A DNA stretch of 63,995 nt, counting the filler, from Diploschistes diacapsis (Eukaryota): NCBI GenBank assembly GCA_023645945.1. It is 4 parts of 4 records of this genome, joined end to end, with 100 filler letters (N's around TTAATTAATTAA, not from the genome) between each part and the next. Parts side by side here need not be neighbours in the genome. Positions count along the whole stretch, not along the records: positions 1 to 16,740 come from JALAIB010000488.1; 3 more parts are not named here. One strand, 5' to 3'. The notes beneath the pieces were generated by a model. It had not been told where the DNA came from. It saw only the letters and a program-made list of their open reading frames with translations, and searched no databases. Position 1 is the first letter of the stretch, and every line of letters begins with the position of its first letter. The translations under genes and the position numbers were made by a program. This document shows positions 1 to 12,567 of this stretch, in pieces.

Positions 1-2343
1 CCCTTGGTAGCACACATAACCAGGTCTCTGGCGGATTGTTTCTTTTTCCTCAACATCCCATGATCATCGAAAAAAGTGTCTGCCGCGCATGTCGAATAAG
101 TACCGGTAGATACTTCATCAGGTCTGCAATTAGTTCCTTGGGCATCATCGTCCAAAGCTTCCGCAATGGGGCCGCACGGGTTGTGTTCTGCAGATCCGCT
201 TGTCAACTTAGCGAGGAGTTTGATTGCAGCAGACATGCCAGGCTCATCATCCTGGTTGACCATACCCTCTGGGTCCCTTGACATCCCATGCGCTCTCGCC
301 GAGTCTTAAAGGCTCTTAGATTTCCTCGACTTTCGCTAGCTCCTCCTCGACGTATAGCAGAAGGAGGGCAATATGGCAGACGAAGCATGACCGAAGCGGG
401 ACACGGCCTGCCGTCGTCTCTGCATGCGGGGTTCACTCGAAACTATGTGTCCGCTCGTGACATGCAATTGAGGTGTAGTCTAGAATGTCCTTTGTAGTCT
501 CGTGCCTCCAAATCTGCCCCATGCTGAATCAGCTCCTCGATTGCATCACAGGCACGCCGTTTGCTAGCCGTGAGTATAGGCGTACAGCCTCCATAATTCT
601 TCCGGTCCTTTGTCGACTCCCTTCCGGATAAGCTACCGAAGAAGATGTGGACCCTCCCAGGTACAGCTAAGTGCAGAGCGTTATCCATGATTGTCGGTAG
701 AACCTTTAGCATATTTGGACCAGAGAATCTTCCATGGACCCAATTGGGAGGGGTTCTATATAATTGTAAGGACTGATTGCAAGCATAACTGGTGTTTTGG
801 CCTTCGTCGTTGCGTGACTGCCTTGATGCACCACAATCAAGAACCAGAGAAGTCACAATGGTTCTCTTTAAATTTAGATGCTTTCTGCAAGATAAGATCA
901 AGCTCATTTCAAGCGGCGGTGCGTTCTTCGTGCGTGCCACTCTCCTTCCCACCTTCTGCTTGCCCAATAAGAAGCCGAAAACACTCAATCTAACCGAGTA
1001 GAACTGCACGTATCGCAGGTATGTCTTCCAAGCATTTTTTCAGGGTTTAAAGCAGGACCTCTAGACAGAAAGTTCAAGATCAGGTCAATGCGCCCGAGCC
1101 AGCAGCGATATGCAAAGTTGGTCCGGTAGCGAGGTTTTCCCCTGACCATGTAGCAGCATCCTAGTGGTTAGATGCTTATCAGAGTGATTCGAGGTCTCTC
1201 CCATTCCAGACCACCATTGACGAAACTCTTTCTCAACACACCTTACGAGCTCATCAACACGATCAAGGTTGCCCCAGAAAGCTGCAGTGTGTGACGGAGG
1301 TGGCATTGATGATCCCTTTAGAAGTTCGTGGGTTATAGAACAAGGCACAACTGCGTAGGCTTGCCAACCAAGGGTTAGAATATCTTCTGAACGGGCTCAA
1401 TCTATTACCAACATCAAATGCGGCTTTGGGGCCTACTGTCTTCTAATATCAACGGTCAACGCACCTCGGAGTCCCCCCAAATCCTAGGCTCTCCGAGGTA
1501 GCACACCCCCTGCAAGAGCCTGGGAGCTAGGTCAACATCATTTTCGGGATGTCTTGGAGGATTCGAACACATGTTTTCTCTAGTGTAGGTAGCAGGGGTT
1601 TTTTTTTTCAAGGATTTGTTTGAATTCGTTCGGACTTTTACATTTCCCCAGTGCAAGAGATTGACAAGTCAACCCTAGAAGTTGCAGCTTACAGAGATGC
1701 ATCTAATATGTTCGTCTAAATTAATCCAATGGTGTTATACTTCTTACCTCTCCTAGCATTGAAACGAGAGATGGCCAACCCACATCCCCTTTGCTCCTTG
1801 TCTTTGGGGCAAACCACTGCTTCGGGCGGCTATATTTTGCCAAAGACATGGAGATGAATATTTTCATTTTGTCGGGGATTCTGCAAGCTGAGAGCCGTGC
1901 TAGAGTTGTTATACAACCTGATTCCATCGCGCAACTCTACTTCGTTGCGACTTATAGCTAGGAGATGTAACTGCTCTGAGCCCTAGCTTAAAGTGGTATC
2001 AAGATACTGAAGCAGTGCTTCTCTATCCATACATTCGTCGCGGAGATCCACAACGATGAATACCTACCGGAACTCGACAATGGAACTTACCCACCATAAC
2101 TAACTCTCACTTCAGTAATTCGACATCCTGAGAACACTTCACCACTATGTCATTGGCTCGTTGCAGCACTTTCCCACCATGATCGATGGTCCCAACGCTC
2201 TCCAATGTGTCCTTTATCTCTTCAAATTGTCCGAGGAGGTCTTCAATAGTGGTGGCCACCGCCTCGGCGTCTTTCCCATAGCTTTGTCGGGCCTTATAAT
2301 ACTTCGCTAACCCACTGCAAACTTGTATGCCAAGCGAGGCCAC
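1..2343 (-). pseudogene. Decayed fungal N-terminal helical (HeLo-like) domain + ankyrin-repeat gene
   Basis: 2343-2107 reads ASLGIQVCSGLAKYYKARQSYGKDAEAVATTIEDL, typical of fungal HeLo-like N-terminal domains. Downstream fragments in other frames carry ankyrin-like repeats (PSHTAAFWGNLDRVDELV at ~1300; NALHLAV and GCTPILTASKRRACDAIEELIQHGADLEARDYKG at ~690-490). Many stops and frameshifts lie between them; the 3' limit is uncertain. Confidence 0.55.
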
Positions 2344-3451
2344 TCCAGCCGCGTTTGCAGGGCCCCATGGGTGGGTAAAATCAATGATCCAACGACGCTA
2401 GGCCGGCTCTGCGCTGGCTGTTTCCCCAGTGACTAGACGAGGGGGAAATGACCCGAAGAGCCAAGCTGACACAATTTGTCAATGCAGAAAGAAGGGCACA
2501 AATGCACAAAGCGGGATATTTGATTGAAGATGGAATCAATCTATTCCGAGGAAGCCAGAGGCACTGGGAGCCGTTCAAACCCATTCTTGCCCACCAGTTG
2601 GCACTTCGCATGCCGATGTCGAGTCCCTTACCACGCGTACACAGCATCCAAGCCTGTAAAGAAAGTATCCGAAATGAAAGTGCAAAGGCACACGAGTGCG
2701 CGCAGGTGTGACATATGTTCTTATGAAGATTGCTAAGTATATGTGTCAAGGAAAGGGACTGAGATCCCCAAGCGTTTCCTTTGCCCTGTTCCAAGACCAA
2801 AGCCATGTCATTGGCCACCATATCAGCCTCGGAGAGTAGGGCTACGCCACGTAATGAATCTGGACAGGATCTGAGCGTCCCATGAGTTACCCACTGCCTG
2901 CCAGCGGGCGAGTTCGAGATGGAGGCAGTGGCCCACTTCTGATGATAGCCCCAAGCCCCTGCGCGACGAATAAAAACGAAATGTGTACAATGGGATACAC
3001 GAAGTAAAAGAAATGGGACCGAGCAAGTGCAGAAGTATTCCTCGGCAGTGATCTTGGAGGTCCGTCTCGAATAGTAGACGAGAAACCAAAATGAAAATGA
3101 ATTAGCTAAAAGCATAGTCTTCTGAGACCATGGTCGCTTTGGTGTGAAGCATTCGAAAGAGGCTTGCTCGGATCCATATGGCTCCAAGTGTTGGGGACCC
3201 GGCAGTCTTTAATGCAAGCCTCCTTCAATATGTTTTCAAGCGCCACGTTATTGCCTCGTAAACAGAGAACCGGCAAAGGAGGCTCAGTTATAGTGTTCGA
3301 TAATTCCTTAATGAGCGCAGATACTGAGGCAATGCTGAAGCATTCAAAGTTTGACACAAAGCAAAGGGAGTACACGTCGCCAATACCAACATTACGAGCC
3401 ATTACCGCTGCATACCTGGAAGACCGACCAGATGGAAAATGCAACGCGTAA

Positions 3452-4303
3452 CTAATCCATGTAAAAGTCTCCCTTGAGGATCCTCTCCTGAAAATAATCC
3501 GGTGGAGTCTGAGTCGGCTTCGGCATTTGGCTGGGAGGCATTTCGGCCGAGGTCACCGTGGCAGACTTGTGGTGGTGTGGTACTTGGCTGGGGACAGTAG
3601 GACCCGTAATGGATGATGATCTTTGAGCACGAGAGCGCAACTGATCACTCCAGTTGAACCCGCCTGCCTCGCCTACGCGCCGATTGAGAAAGTTAGAACT
3701 CTTTGTGATTGGGAAATTGGAGGAGGGCATGTCTGCCTCGCCGCCTTCCTCGAGACTCGAGGATAAACCTCGAGCTCCCTTGGTCGGTGGGAGAGACAAG
3801 GGGGAAGGTCTCGGGCTTGAATTTGTAGTTATGGTGGAGGAGATGGATGCTCTACCGTTCATCGACCCGCCTTTTCCTCCTCTAACCTCCCGCATTGCTC
3901 TTGCTCCGAAGCTCAATCGTCTACCGAATGGTGAGGTACTGGGTTGGGCTGCTCCGTCGCCGCTTTCGTCAATCGCACTATCATTGGTTGGCGAGCCAGA
4001 GCCATTGCTGGATGAGCTATCGTGTCGAGCACGGACCCCACTGAAGGGAGAGGTCTGGCTCGGGGAGCCGGAGAGACCTAAGGTAGAAATGGACATCCGG
4101 CGTTTTTGATTGGCTTGAGCGTTTGCGGCTGCAGCAGCAATTGGTCCAGGATATGCCTGCGAGCCAGCTGAAGCGTTGTTGCTCGTAGCCGATCGACCAA
4201 AGAGCTCACTCAATCTCTGGCCTGGAGCAATAGATGCTCTTCTGGTTGATGAGAGAGGAGCTGCAGGTGTGCTGGGCTCACTCGGGTTGTCGTTGTTTGA
4301 CAT
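3452..4303 (-). CDS. Conserved Ser-rich fungal hypothetical protein (C-terminal DYFQERILKGDFYMD)
   Basis: 283-aa ORF with RRMSI, RRLSF and RRAS basic-Ser motifs and a C-terminal motif I recognise from Pezizomycotina hypothetical proteins. Probable in-frame intron at 3855-3673. Confidence 0.8.
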   Translation of the reverse strand: MSNNDNPSEPSTPAAPLSSTRRASIAPGQRLSELFGRSATSNNASAGSQAYPGPIAAAAANAQANQKRRMSISTLGLSGSPSQTSPFSGVRARHDSSSSNGSGSPTNDSAIDESGDGAAQPSTSPFGRRLSFGARAMREVRGGKGGSMNGRASISSTITTNSSPRPSPLSLPPTKGARGLSSSLEEGGEADMPSSNFPITKSSNFLNRRVGEAGGFNWSDQLRSRAQRSSSITGPTVPSQVPHHHKSATVTSAEMPPSQMPKPTQTPPDYFQERILKGDFYMD

Positions 4304-4910
4304 AATGACGTTATCGCGAATTGTGGCCTGAAGGTTTTAAGAAGGTACCGAAAAGTAGGTCGAGAAGGCTCAAAAGACAGGTCTGAAGCTGCTCGACTCT
4401 TCGAACTGCAGACAGCCTGTGTTTTGGTAGTCAATGGTAGGGACTGGGGCGAGTGATTGATTCAGTTGAAGTGGTGAGACGGATGCGAGAACACAATCAG
4501 GCTCATTAGCAACAGAAGGAACGAAGGGTCAAGGAAGAAGCCGGGAGGTGGGGGAGCGGAGTATCTCGATGGGATGGAAATGGAAATCTGTTTCAATGGT
4601 ACGTATCACTTTGGAATCAAGCAAGATAAAGGACTGTGAGCAAAGTTGATGGGTGGGATTGAAGAGAGTTATGAACTTGAAGCGGGGGGGGAGAGTTGGT
4701 GGGATTCGGGGGATTGTGATGAATGGTTGCCGATAAATTTAGTGGCCAGTGTCCAGGTTCCCGATACATGACACACGACAACTTCATTACGTGCGAGTAG
4801 TGAGTTGCGGGGAACAAGCTTTTTCACTGCACCCACCACACAACACCAGACACACAAAGATAATTTCTCGGACCGAAAAAGACGCCGCCCCCACATTTGG
4901 GCCTCCTTTG

Positions 4911-4938
4911 ACACACACACACACACACACACACACAC
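4911..4938. repeat. (AC)n microsatellite
   Basis: About 14 AC units, seen directly. Confidence 0.95.
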
Positions 4939-5352
4939 CCCCCCAAAACTGGGCACACGGAAGGCTTGAGGATGGCGATGGGACCCGGGCACACAGTAAC
5001 CCACACCTAACTAGTAGCAGTTGACAGGCTTCGCAAGGGTATTCAACCACTCCCATTGGCCCAGGACGAAGCAATCCCCCTTTGATGATGATGATGATAC
5101 CTTACCTAGCACAAAAGAGTGCGGATAGTTCTTTGTCCGCTATTTTTAGGGTATCGATTGCAAAAGCTATCTGAAACTCCTAGGGTAGCATTCATCCGTA
5201 CCGTACATGTGTTTGATGCATGCATGCAACAGCGCCCAGCTCCCAGATGCAAACCAACCTCTTGCCCCTCTATTCCAATTATACTGCCGTCCGTCCCGTC
5301 GTAAGCATCATGGGACGCAGTCTGAACCGGTCTATCCGGTATTTTCAGCACA

Positions 5353-8169
5353 TCAAGAGGTCGCAAGCTTGTGCAAGGCAGAAAGGACGCCAGTAACACC
5401 CTGCGTGAGCGTGGCCTGAGCTTCAGTATTCCGAGTGCTCACGCTCACAGTAATGACGTCCCGTACCACTTTGGCCTTTCCCAACTGGTTGGCCCAACGA
5501 TATATTACCTCGTCCTCCCTTGCGTTGCCAGCTACTAGAAGAAAATCCAGGACTTTGCTGTTCGCTGCTTTTGTTTTCCGGGCCAAGCGTTCGAGGATAC
5601 GCGTAGCTGCCGTCTTCTTGCTCCATTCCGTCGACTCGATGAGCACTCCACTGTCCCAAGGTACGGCATGAACTTTGAGGTTTTGGCAGGCGTCGTTGAT
5701 CTGGGTTGCGCAGTCGCCTGCAAGACGGTGGGCCGACTGAGTGTCCTTGGCATTAACGCAATGGAATAGGATGGAGCAGTGGCGCTCCTCGATCATGCTT
5801 CCCTCAATACGCTCGAGGTAGTATTGAAGGATCTTGAGGATACTATCCTTCCATTCCATCATCTTCTCCAGGTCGGCAGCTTCATACCAAGAATCTGCGC
5901 CGGCCTCCTTGATGAAACATCCATTCTCCGCAACAAGACCAAGACCAGGAACTCTTCTGAAAAGACTGTCGAGCTCTTCCGGCTTCTGCCCGCTCATTAC
6001 ATAGACAACGTTTTCGGGGGCCTCTAGCAGGCTGTTAAGAACGTTGATGGTACGTTGCGGGCTCACGTAGGGAATACTGAGAGGCGAACCGTGAGCTGTT
6101 AGGGTTCCCTCGTAATCGAGCATGAACAGACGCGTCTTCGCATTCTTGTATTTGGGCGCCAGCTCATTGATGGAAAGACGAGGAATGGCAACGGTGTGCT
6201 GGCGAGAGTGCTCGTCGTAAGCCCTTTGCAAGCTCTCGAGAAAGGATTCAAGCCAGTGTCCTGCCGTCTGCTGCATGACGATATCCCTGAGCGCAGTCCA
6301 ACGCTTGATCTTCTCTTCTGCAGGCATTGTCAGTGCTTGGCGCATTGCTTCAGCGCATTGGCGATAGTCCCAAGGGTTGACCGCAAGGTCGTTGCCATCG
6401 AAAATGGCAGCACTACCAGTGAATTCTGAAAGGATGAGACAGCCATGCTTTTTAGCGCGGTGCCTCCCTGTTCCATGCTCGCCATCCTGGCAAACGATGA
6501 ATTCGTGGCTCGTCAAATTCATCCCCTCGCGGAGACTCGTTATCATGAGTGCGTCGGCAGCAGTGATCATTGCTAGATACTGTGCATAGCCCAAGTCTTG
6601 TTTGAGATACACCAGAGGCTGATGGGCGAGAGTCGAGTACTGCGCACTGATCCTAGTAACGATATCTGCAACCGTGGATTCCAATTCAACCTGCTCTGTC
6701 GTTGATGTCGCCACCTGGATCAAGACGACATTGCCCCTAAACTCGGGATGTTGGTTCAGAAGCAACTCGTAAGCGAGCAGCTTGTTGCGCACACCTCTAA
6801 CATGGTCTAGTTTGTCGCGAGCCACGATCAGATGCTTCCCGGCGTATTTGTCCCGTAGCTTTTCGAGCCACTTGAGAACTTCGGGGTCCCTTCGTTGAGC
6901 ATCGAGAATTTCTGGTTCGATGCCGATTGGAAACTTGGCCACATTCACGAAGCGTTCCTCTAGCTGGACACCGTTTTCAAGAGCCTCGACACAAAGAAGC
7001 CTGCTGCAGGTTTGCAAGAAGTGGTGGCAATACTCGGCGGTCTGGAAACCAACAAGATTCGCTCCCAGCATGCCTTCGAGAAGTTGTTCGCGAACGGCGA
7101 GACAGCGGAAGACCTCGGAAGAAGGAAATGCAATGTGCAGGAAGAAGCCGATTTGAGCATCAGGAATCTTCTTGCGGATCATTCCGGGAACCAACAGAAG
7201 ATGGTAGTCGTGAATCCAGATAATATCTCCCCTTTTGTAATTCTTGATGACCTTGTCAGCGAACAGTTCGTTGATCGTGACGTAGTACACCCATGAGTGA
7301 TCCTGATACGCTTTGCTTTTCGGGTTATCCGGGATCTGATAGTGGAATACGGGCCAAAGGATGATCTTGCAAAAATGGGAGTAGTGCCCATTGAGATCAC
7401 TGTCCTTTGCGAATACAGCCAAGCTATCATGGTCGGTCTGTAATTTCTCCGAGATCTCAACTTTGCGCTCTTTTTCCAGAGCGTCCGTGGGCATTCCTAT
7501 AGTGCCCACCTACTAATGTCAGTGAGTTTCAATACAAGGATCAGGGATCCACAAACCCAAGTTACTTCCTGGAGGCTACCGCTTTTGGTCGCAGCATAGA
7601 CTGCATTCCTCAGGCCAACGTTGCCTCGTTCGCCTCGAGTGATAGACCATTCGGCAGTCCTCAATGCCTCACGCTCATGACTGCTCGTACGGGAGTCCTT
7701 GCTAGCTAGCCCAGCTCGGTGATTGAGCCGTCTAAGAGGAACAATCGAAGCTGATGGAGGATCTTCGGCCCTGAGCTCAGGCTGGTTGAAGTAGCTTGTA
7801 CGACCCCAGACCGGAGAATGGGCTTCATTGGGAGTCGCAGTACTAGTGAATCCCACAAGTTCGGTGATGGAGCCCTTACTGGAGGGTGGCTTATGTGGGA
7901 CGAAATCGAAATACCCACCCTTGGCAGGTGGGCCAGGAGTTGGAACAGAAGACGGATGAGAGAACAGAGTGACAACGTCGTCGTCGGACCGGTCCCTCAC
8001 CGCAACGGGCGTCGGCGGAGATGATGGCCGTAACGGTTCCCCATCTTCTTGTTCCTTGGCCTGAAAATCTACCGTGTAGGGCAAGAATCTGGACGCATCA
8101 GCAAGTTAGCGTACGTCTTATCAACGGCCTACAATGCACGACTTACAGAGAGACCATGAAGACGGTCAT
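5353..8169 (-). CDS. TPS3: Trehalose-6-phosphate synthase complex regulatory subunit (Tps3/Tsl1/TslA type; GT20 + HAD-like domains)
   Basis: ATG at 8169 (MTVFMVSL, intron, FLPYTVDF); second intron near 7556-7510. GT20 motifs WIHDYHLLLVP, GFFLHIAFPSSE, REGMNL. The HAD-like motif is the degenerate DYEGTL rather than DYDGTL. Confidence 0.9.
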
Positions 8170-8956
8170 CTTGATGGCTTTTCAACCTTGGATTTTTAGG
8201 GATGCGGAGGTGAAAGAAATACAAATGATGACGAACATAGGCCAATATATGAGGAAATTTGCTGTCACGTCAGCCTGGTGTCGGTGACTGTAGCAAACGC
8301 AAGAGTTGTTCATATTGACGGGTACCGTGTCTGCATTTTAACCGGACCATCATTCATTCAGTGTGTGAGAAAGGCAGGTTCAATGGTGTTTTGATTGCTC
8401 TTAACAGGAAGCTACGCCAGTACACGGATAGGAAGAGGTGAAAGGTTTTTATAGATGTGTGTTTGAAAAAGACGTTTTCCCCCGAGATTGAGTCAAGCTG
8501 CTCTGCTGTCAATTTTACATAAGCTTTGCATAGCACGTTCGTTCATGTGTCCAGAAGCCCCACCCAGCTTACAAGCAACTGGAAGGGCTGGGAGCGGCTC
8601 GGCTGTAGAATTGTGCAGGTTTTATTTAAGCCTGAGCTGATAGAAAATAACCTGAAGGTTGAGCGAGCATAAGATTGGATTGATAACAGCGTTTGACCTT
8701 TTTTCGGGAGAAGCCGCCACTGAGGTCATACCAATGCCCACCACGAGTTCCCGCAAGTTGTCCACACCACGTGGATTAAGCTGCCAGACTTGAAGTCCGC
8801 ATTCCCGACGTTTAGCATACTCTGGTATCTAGAGACATTCCAAGCCGGGTTTTTTTGCGAATATCCTTGGGCATCATTACAGTATTCGGTGGCGTCAGCT
8901 AGGCCGTGTTTAACCATCGGGGCCTTTTCCGTGTACGCGACGGGTTTCACCGTGGT

Positions 8957-9004
8957 TTAGCATTAGCATTAGCATTAGCATTAGCATCAGCATCAGCATC
9001 AGCA
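8957..9004. repeat. Hexamer tandem repeat (TTAGCA)5(TCAGCA)3
   Basis: Seen directly, just 3' of PXR1. Confidence 0.9.
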
Positions 9005-9111
9005 TCGTGAATTTATATGCCTATGCGACCGAAGATGCCATATCTACCCTTCTACGAAATATGTACCGAATAAGCTCTGGAAGAAATCTAAATCTGATAT
9101 ATTGGCAACTC

Positions 9112-10246
9112 TCATGCTTTTATCATTAATATCTGAACTGCAGTAAGCTTCTTGGTAAATGCAATTTGCGAGACATGACAACCTACCTCATTCAAGGCCT
9201 TGGGATCCAACATGATCTTCTTCTTCTGCATTATGTACTTTTGTCTGACTGCATGCCGACTGCTAGCAAATGAAGTCGGAATATCTGGAACTGTATTTTT
9301 GTCCCCAACTTTTGCAGTGGCAGGCACAGTATATACTTCCTTTGTGATCTCCACCGTGGCAGGCTTATGAATCTCTCCTATCTCTTGCTTCCTGCTCGAG
9401 GTGTCTTTATGTCTTTGACGTCTTTCTAGTCGCCTCCGAATTCTGTCAGCTTTTCGCTGCGCCTTTTCTGCCCTGCGGTCTTGTCTTTCTTTTGCCTTTG
9501 CCTGACTCGCTTGCGTGTCTCCAGGACCAGTTTCGCCCAAATCTTCAACCTCCGCAGCATTGATTACGGTTTGGGTTCCTAAACAGTCCTCGAAGTCTTT
9601 CCTGGCAGTCTTCTTCTTTATTCGCTTCGTCTTTTGCGGGGATCTGTCCCTACACTGCTCGCTGACAGCACCCTCTCCGTCATCCACCTGCCTGCCTTCA
9701 CCAGAAGCTTTCCTCTTTAGAGCTTTTATAACCGGCTCTGCCCCGTTCACAACGATATCATCTCCAACAAGTAAGCCTCCACTCACAAACCCCATTGGTC
9801 CGTATCTCCGTTCTGCCCATAACCTCCTCTTCACATCCTCCCTTCCTCTCCTCTCCCTCTCGACTGCCTCCTCTCCCTTCCCATTCAACCGTCCGAGTAG
9901 GTCCTGCAGTCCGCCGAGACCCACACACTCTCCATGCTCAATGCCACTCCCAGGCTTAGCGCCCAAGCCTAAATTATCTTCTCGAAAGAGTATCCGAATA
10001 TGCGAGCTGCTAGCGGTGGTGAAGTATTCCGCCTGCGGCGCGTTTGAAGCACCGAGCGTCTGTCCCGGTCTCCACCCTTGTGAGAGGAGCTGTCGATGGC
10101 CAAAAGACGTGGCATTGCGAGACCAGGCCACGTTTTGCGGGTCGTGGGCGATTTTCCGGCGTCTGTCGACGATGGTCAGCACTGACGTATATGTGAGAGC
10201 ATGACTGTCATAAATTGACAGACTTTTTGGTACCAGCGAGGCCCAT
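9112..10246 (-). CDS. PXR1: G-patch protein Pxr1/PinX1 (rRNA processing)
   Basis: ATG at 10246 (MGLAGTK, then intron), followed by KIAHDPQNVAWS..FGHRQLLSQGWRPGQTLG..NLGLGAK (G-patch), LQDLLGRLNG and a K/R-rich C-terminus. The last intron precedes ILMIKA*. Confidence 0.9.
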
Positions 10247-10903
10247 GGTGCTGATGATAAAGGCGCAGCCACGGGGAAGATTCTAAATTTGCACAAATTT
10301 TTTTTAAGATGTTGCGTCGGCTTTCGATGCCCCCCGCCAAGACTCAAACTTGGCGTTAGAAGGACTCGGCCAAAGCGTTAGGGCTTGCATGACATGGATA
10401 AATAAAATATTTCGTTTATCCAATGCCTTGATCTGCGCAAGCATGAAGTCGCGATGACAGATGCAGCAGGGGTAGCTTTGAGTACAAGGGGTGAGCTCTC
10501 GTCAAATGAGCTTTCATGACTTCATGCACACGTCGTGAGCACTTTGAGGTATTCACTAAAATTTCTTTTGCAAACATGTCTTGAATATTTAGCCATGGTT
10601 ATAGACCCGCTTGAATGACTTGTGTCCCAACCGTACCAGCTAGATGACAAGGACCGCATTGGGTTCTATTATTTCATTAATATACACTTCCAGGCTACAG
10701 ATATCTGCTACTACGCACTATGACATACAATTCCAGGTTCTGGTTGCATTAAGGAGCCTCGTATAGCTTAGAAGCCTAACTTTTAGGGTATATAAAACGA
10801 TCAAGAAACTAAACTCCCACGTAGTCGCTTGCTAAGTCGCAGCAGAACCCAAGCAGGCATATTCCAAGGCCCCTTGCAGATACGAGAATGATGTACAAAG
10901 CCA

Positions 10904-12285
10904 TCAATCCAAATCCTTGAATGAGATGCCGTTCTGCTTTCCCCCACTTCTACCCCTTCCACGGCTCTTCTTCCTCTTTTTACTCCCTTTTTTCCCTTTC
11001 TCTTCCTCATCGCTCTCCTCTCTCTCCGCACTCTCTTCACCATCCCCCCTTCTCCTCTTCCCGACGGCTCCTCCCCCCAGGGCACCATTATCACTCTCGT
11101 CGACTTCAACAGAATCTCCATCCTCGTCATTACTATCATCTTCATCTAACACCATCTCCTCTTGCCATACCTTGACCACCTGCCCTCCTCCACTGACCAT
11201 CCTCCCCTCCGCATCAAATCCTAACCCCACCACCCCTTCCATGTCATCGTGTCTCACCTCTGCCACAGCCTTGTTTGATCCCACACTCACAAAGCGCACC
11301 CTCCCATCTCCTAGCCCAGCCGCCAACATGTGCCTAGTCACCCCAACATTCTCCGGCACAGCGCATAGCACATCAATACTCTCTCCCTGCGCCACATACA
11401 CCCTCTCATCCTGGTCGTCCCACACTCCTTTTTCCCACAGCGTCAGCACACCCCCAGCACCACCGACCACAACTTTTTCGCCAACACTAGTCCCGCGTTT
11501 CGGGAGACCGGAAACGTAGACGGAGGATAAAAGTTCTTCTTCCTGGTCCTCGCTTTTCACGAGCACGCCGCGCCGGACATCGGTCACGGCGAGAGTCGTG
11601 CCACCAGTGGAGACCCACTGCTTAGGAAAGCCGGAGGTGCTGGACGAGGAAGGAGGAAGGGGTGTGAGGGACGAGACATAGTCGTCGTGTGGGTGGTAGG
11701 TCTGGGAGGGCTTTGAGGGTATTGTGGGATTTGAGGGGATACGGAGGTCGTAGATGTGTAGGGCGGCGGAGTCCGTTGCGAGGAGCACGGTTGTGGGCGA
11801 AATGCTGTGGAGGAGGGATGGAGAGTCGGGTTTGGACGTGCTGAAAGGTATCATTAGTAATGAGACAACCTCGAGCAAAGGCGGAGGGGAGCAGATGCCG
11901 TGTGCGTGAAGGGATAGTTTGCTCACATGTTAGCCGATGGTATGCTGACTTTGCTTTCTACCTGTCCCGTCTCTGTGGCCGCCATCTTCACTATGCCGTC
12001 CGTGCCGGCGGAGAAGATCTTCTCTCCATCCGAGCTAAATGTCAGGGCGCGACAACTGCCCTTGTGCCGCCGCGTCCGCCATAGTGTGTCGATGGTTCCG
12101 CAGCCGTTGCTCAGCGCTGAAGAATCGGGGTCTGAAGATGCGGGTGGGGACGAGGGCAGTGCAGGGAGGCGGAACGTCTGCACATGTCCCGAGGCAAGAC
12201 CGACGGAGAGGAGGGACTCGGACGGGTGGATGGCTTGGGCGAAGAGGTCCGAGGGAAGAGGATAGGTGCAGACGGTTTCGAACAT
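10904..12285 (-). CDS. JIP5: WD40-repeat protein Jip5 (WDR55 family)
   Basis: [49 protein letters not shown], an acidic/basic tail ending FKDLD, and one intron near 11926-11842. Confidence 0.88.
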
Positions 12286-12567
12286 GTTGTGGAAGGGATT
12301 GCGTAGAGAGGCAAGGTAGGGGGTATCTAGACGGGGCAGGAAGATAAATTTTTTTATTTACAATAGCAATAGCGCAAGCGAATATGTGACTGGCCGATCA
12401 AAAAAGATGGGTGCGAGTTGTGCGTGGGCATGAACCTTCAAATTTAACTTGACACTTCTCCAGCTCTTCGAAATCCCTTCTTATGCGTAAAAGCACCTCG
12501 GAGAGGGTGTTTTAAATCTTCGATACAACTCCTCAGGGTCCCGAGTTCAAGAACTCGACGATATTCC

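Noticed and set aside
2381..3451. Overlapping 90-270 aa ORFs on both strands
   Set aside because: No recognisable motifs or coherent exon structure; possibly decayed sequence.
8957..9004. (TTAGCA)n as an interstitial telomere repeat
   Set aside because: It differs from the TTAGGG repeat typical of filamentous ascomycetes and grades into TCAGCA; an ordinary microsatellite.
9515..12265. Long antisense ORFs over PXR1 and JIP5 (and similar ones over TPS3 and SEP1)
   Set aside because: These are shadow frames of real genes with biased codon composition and no domain motifs.
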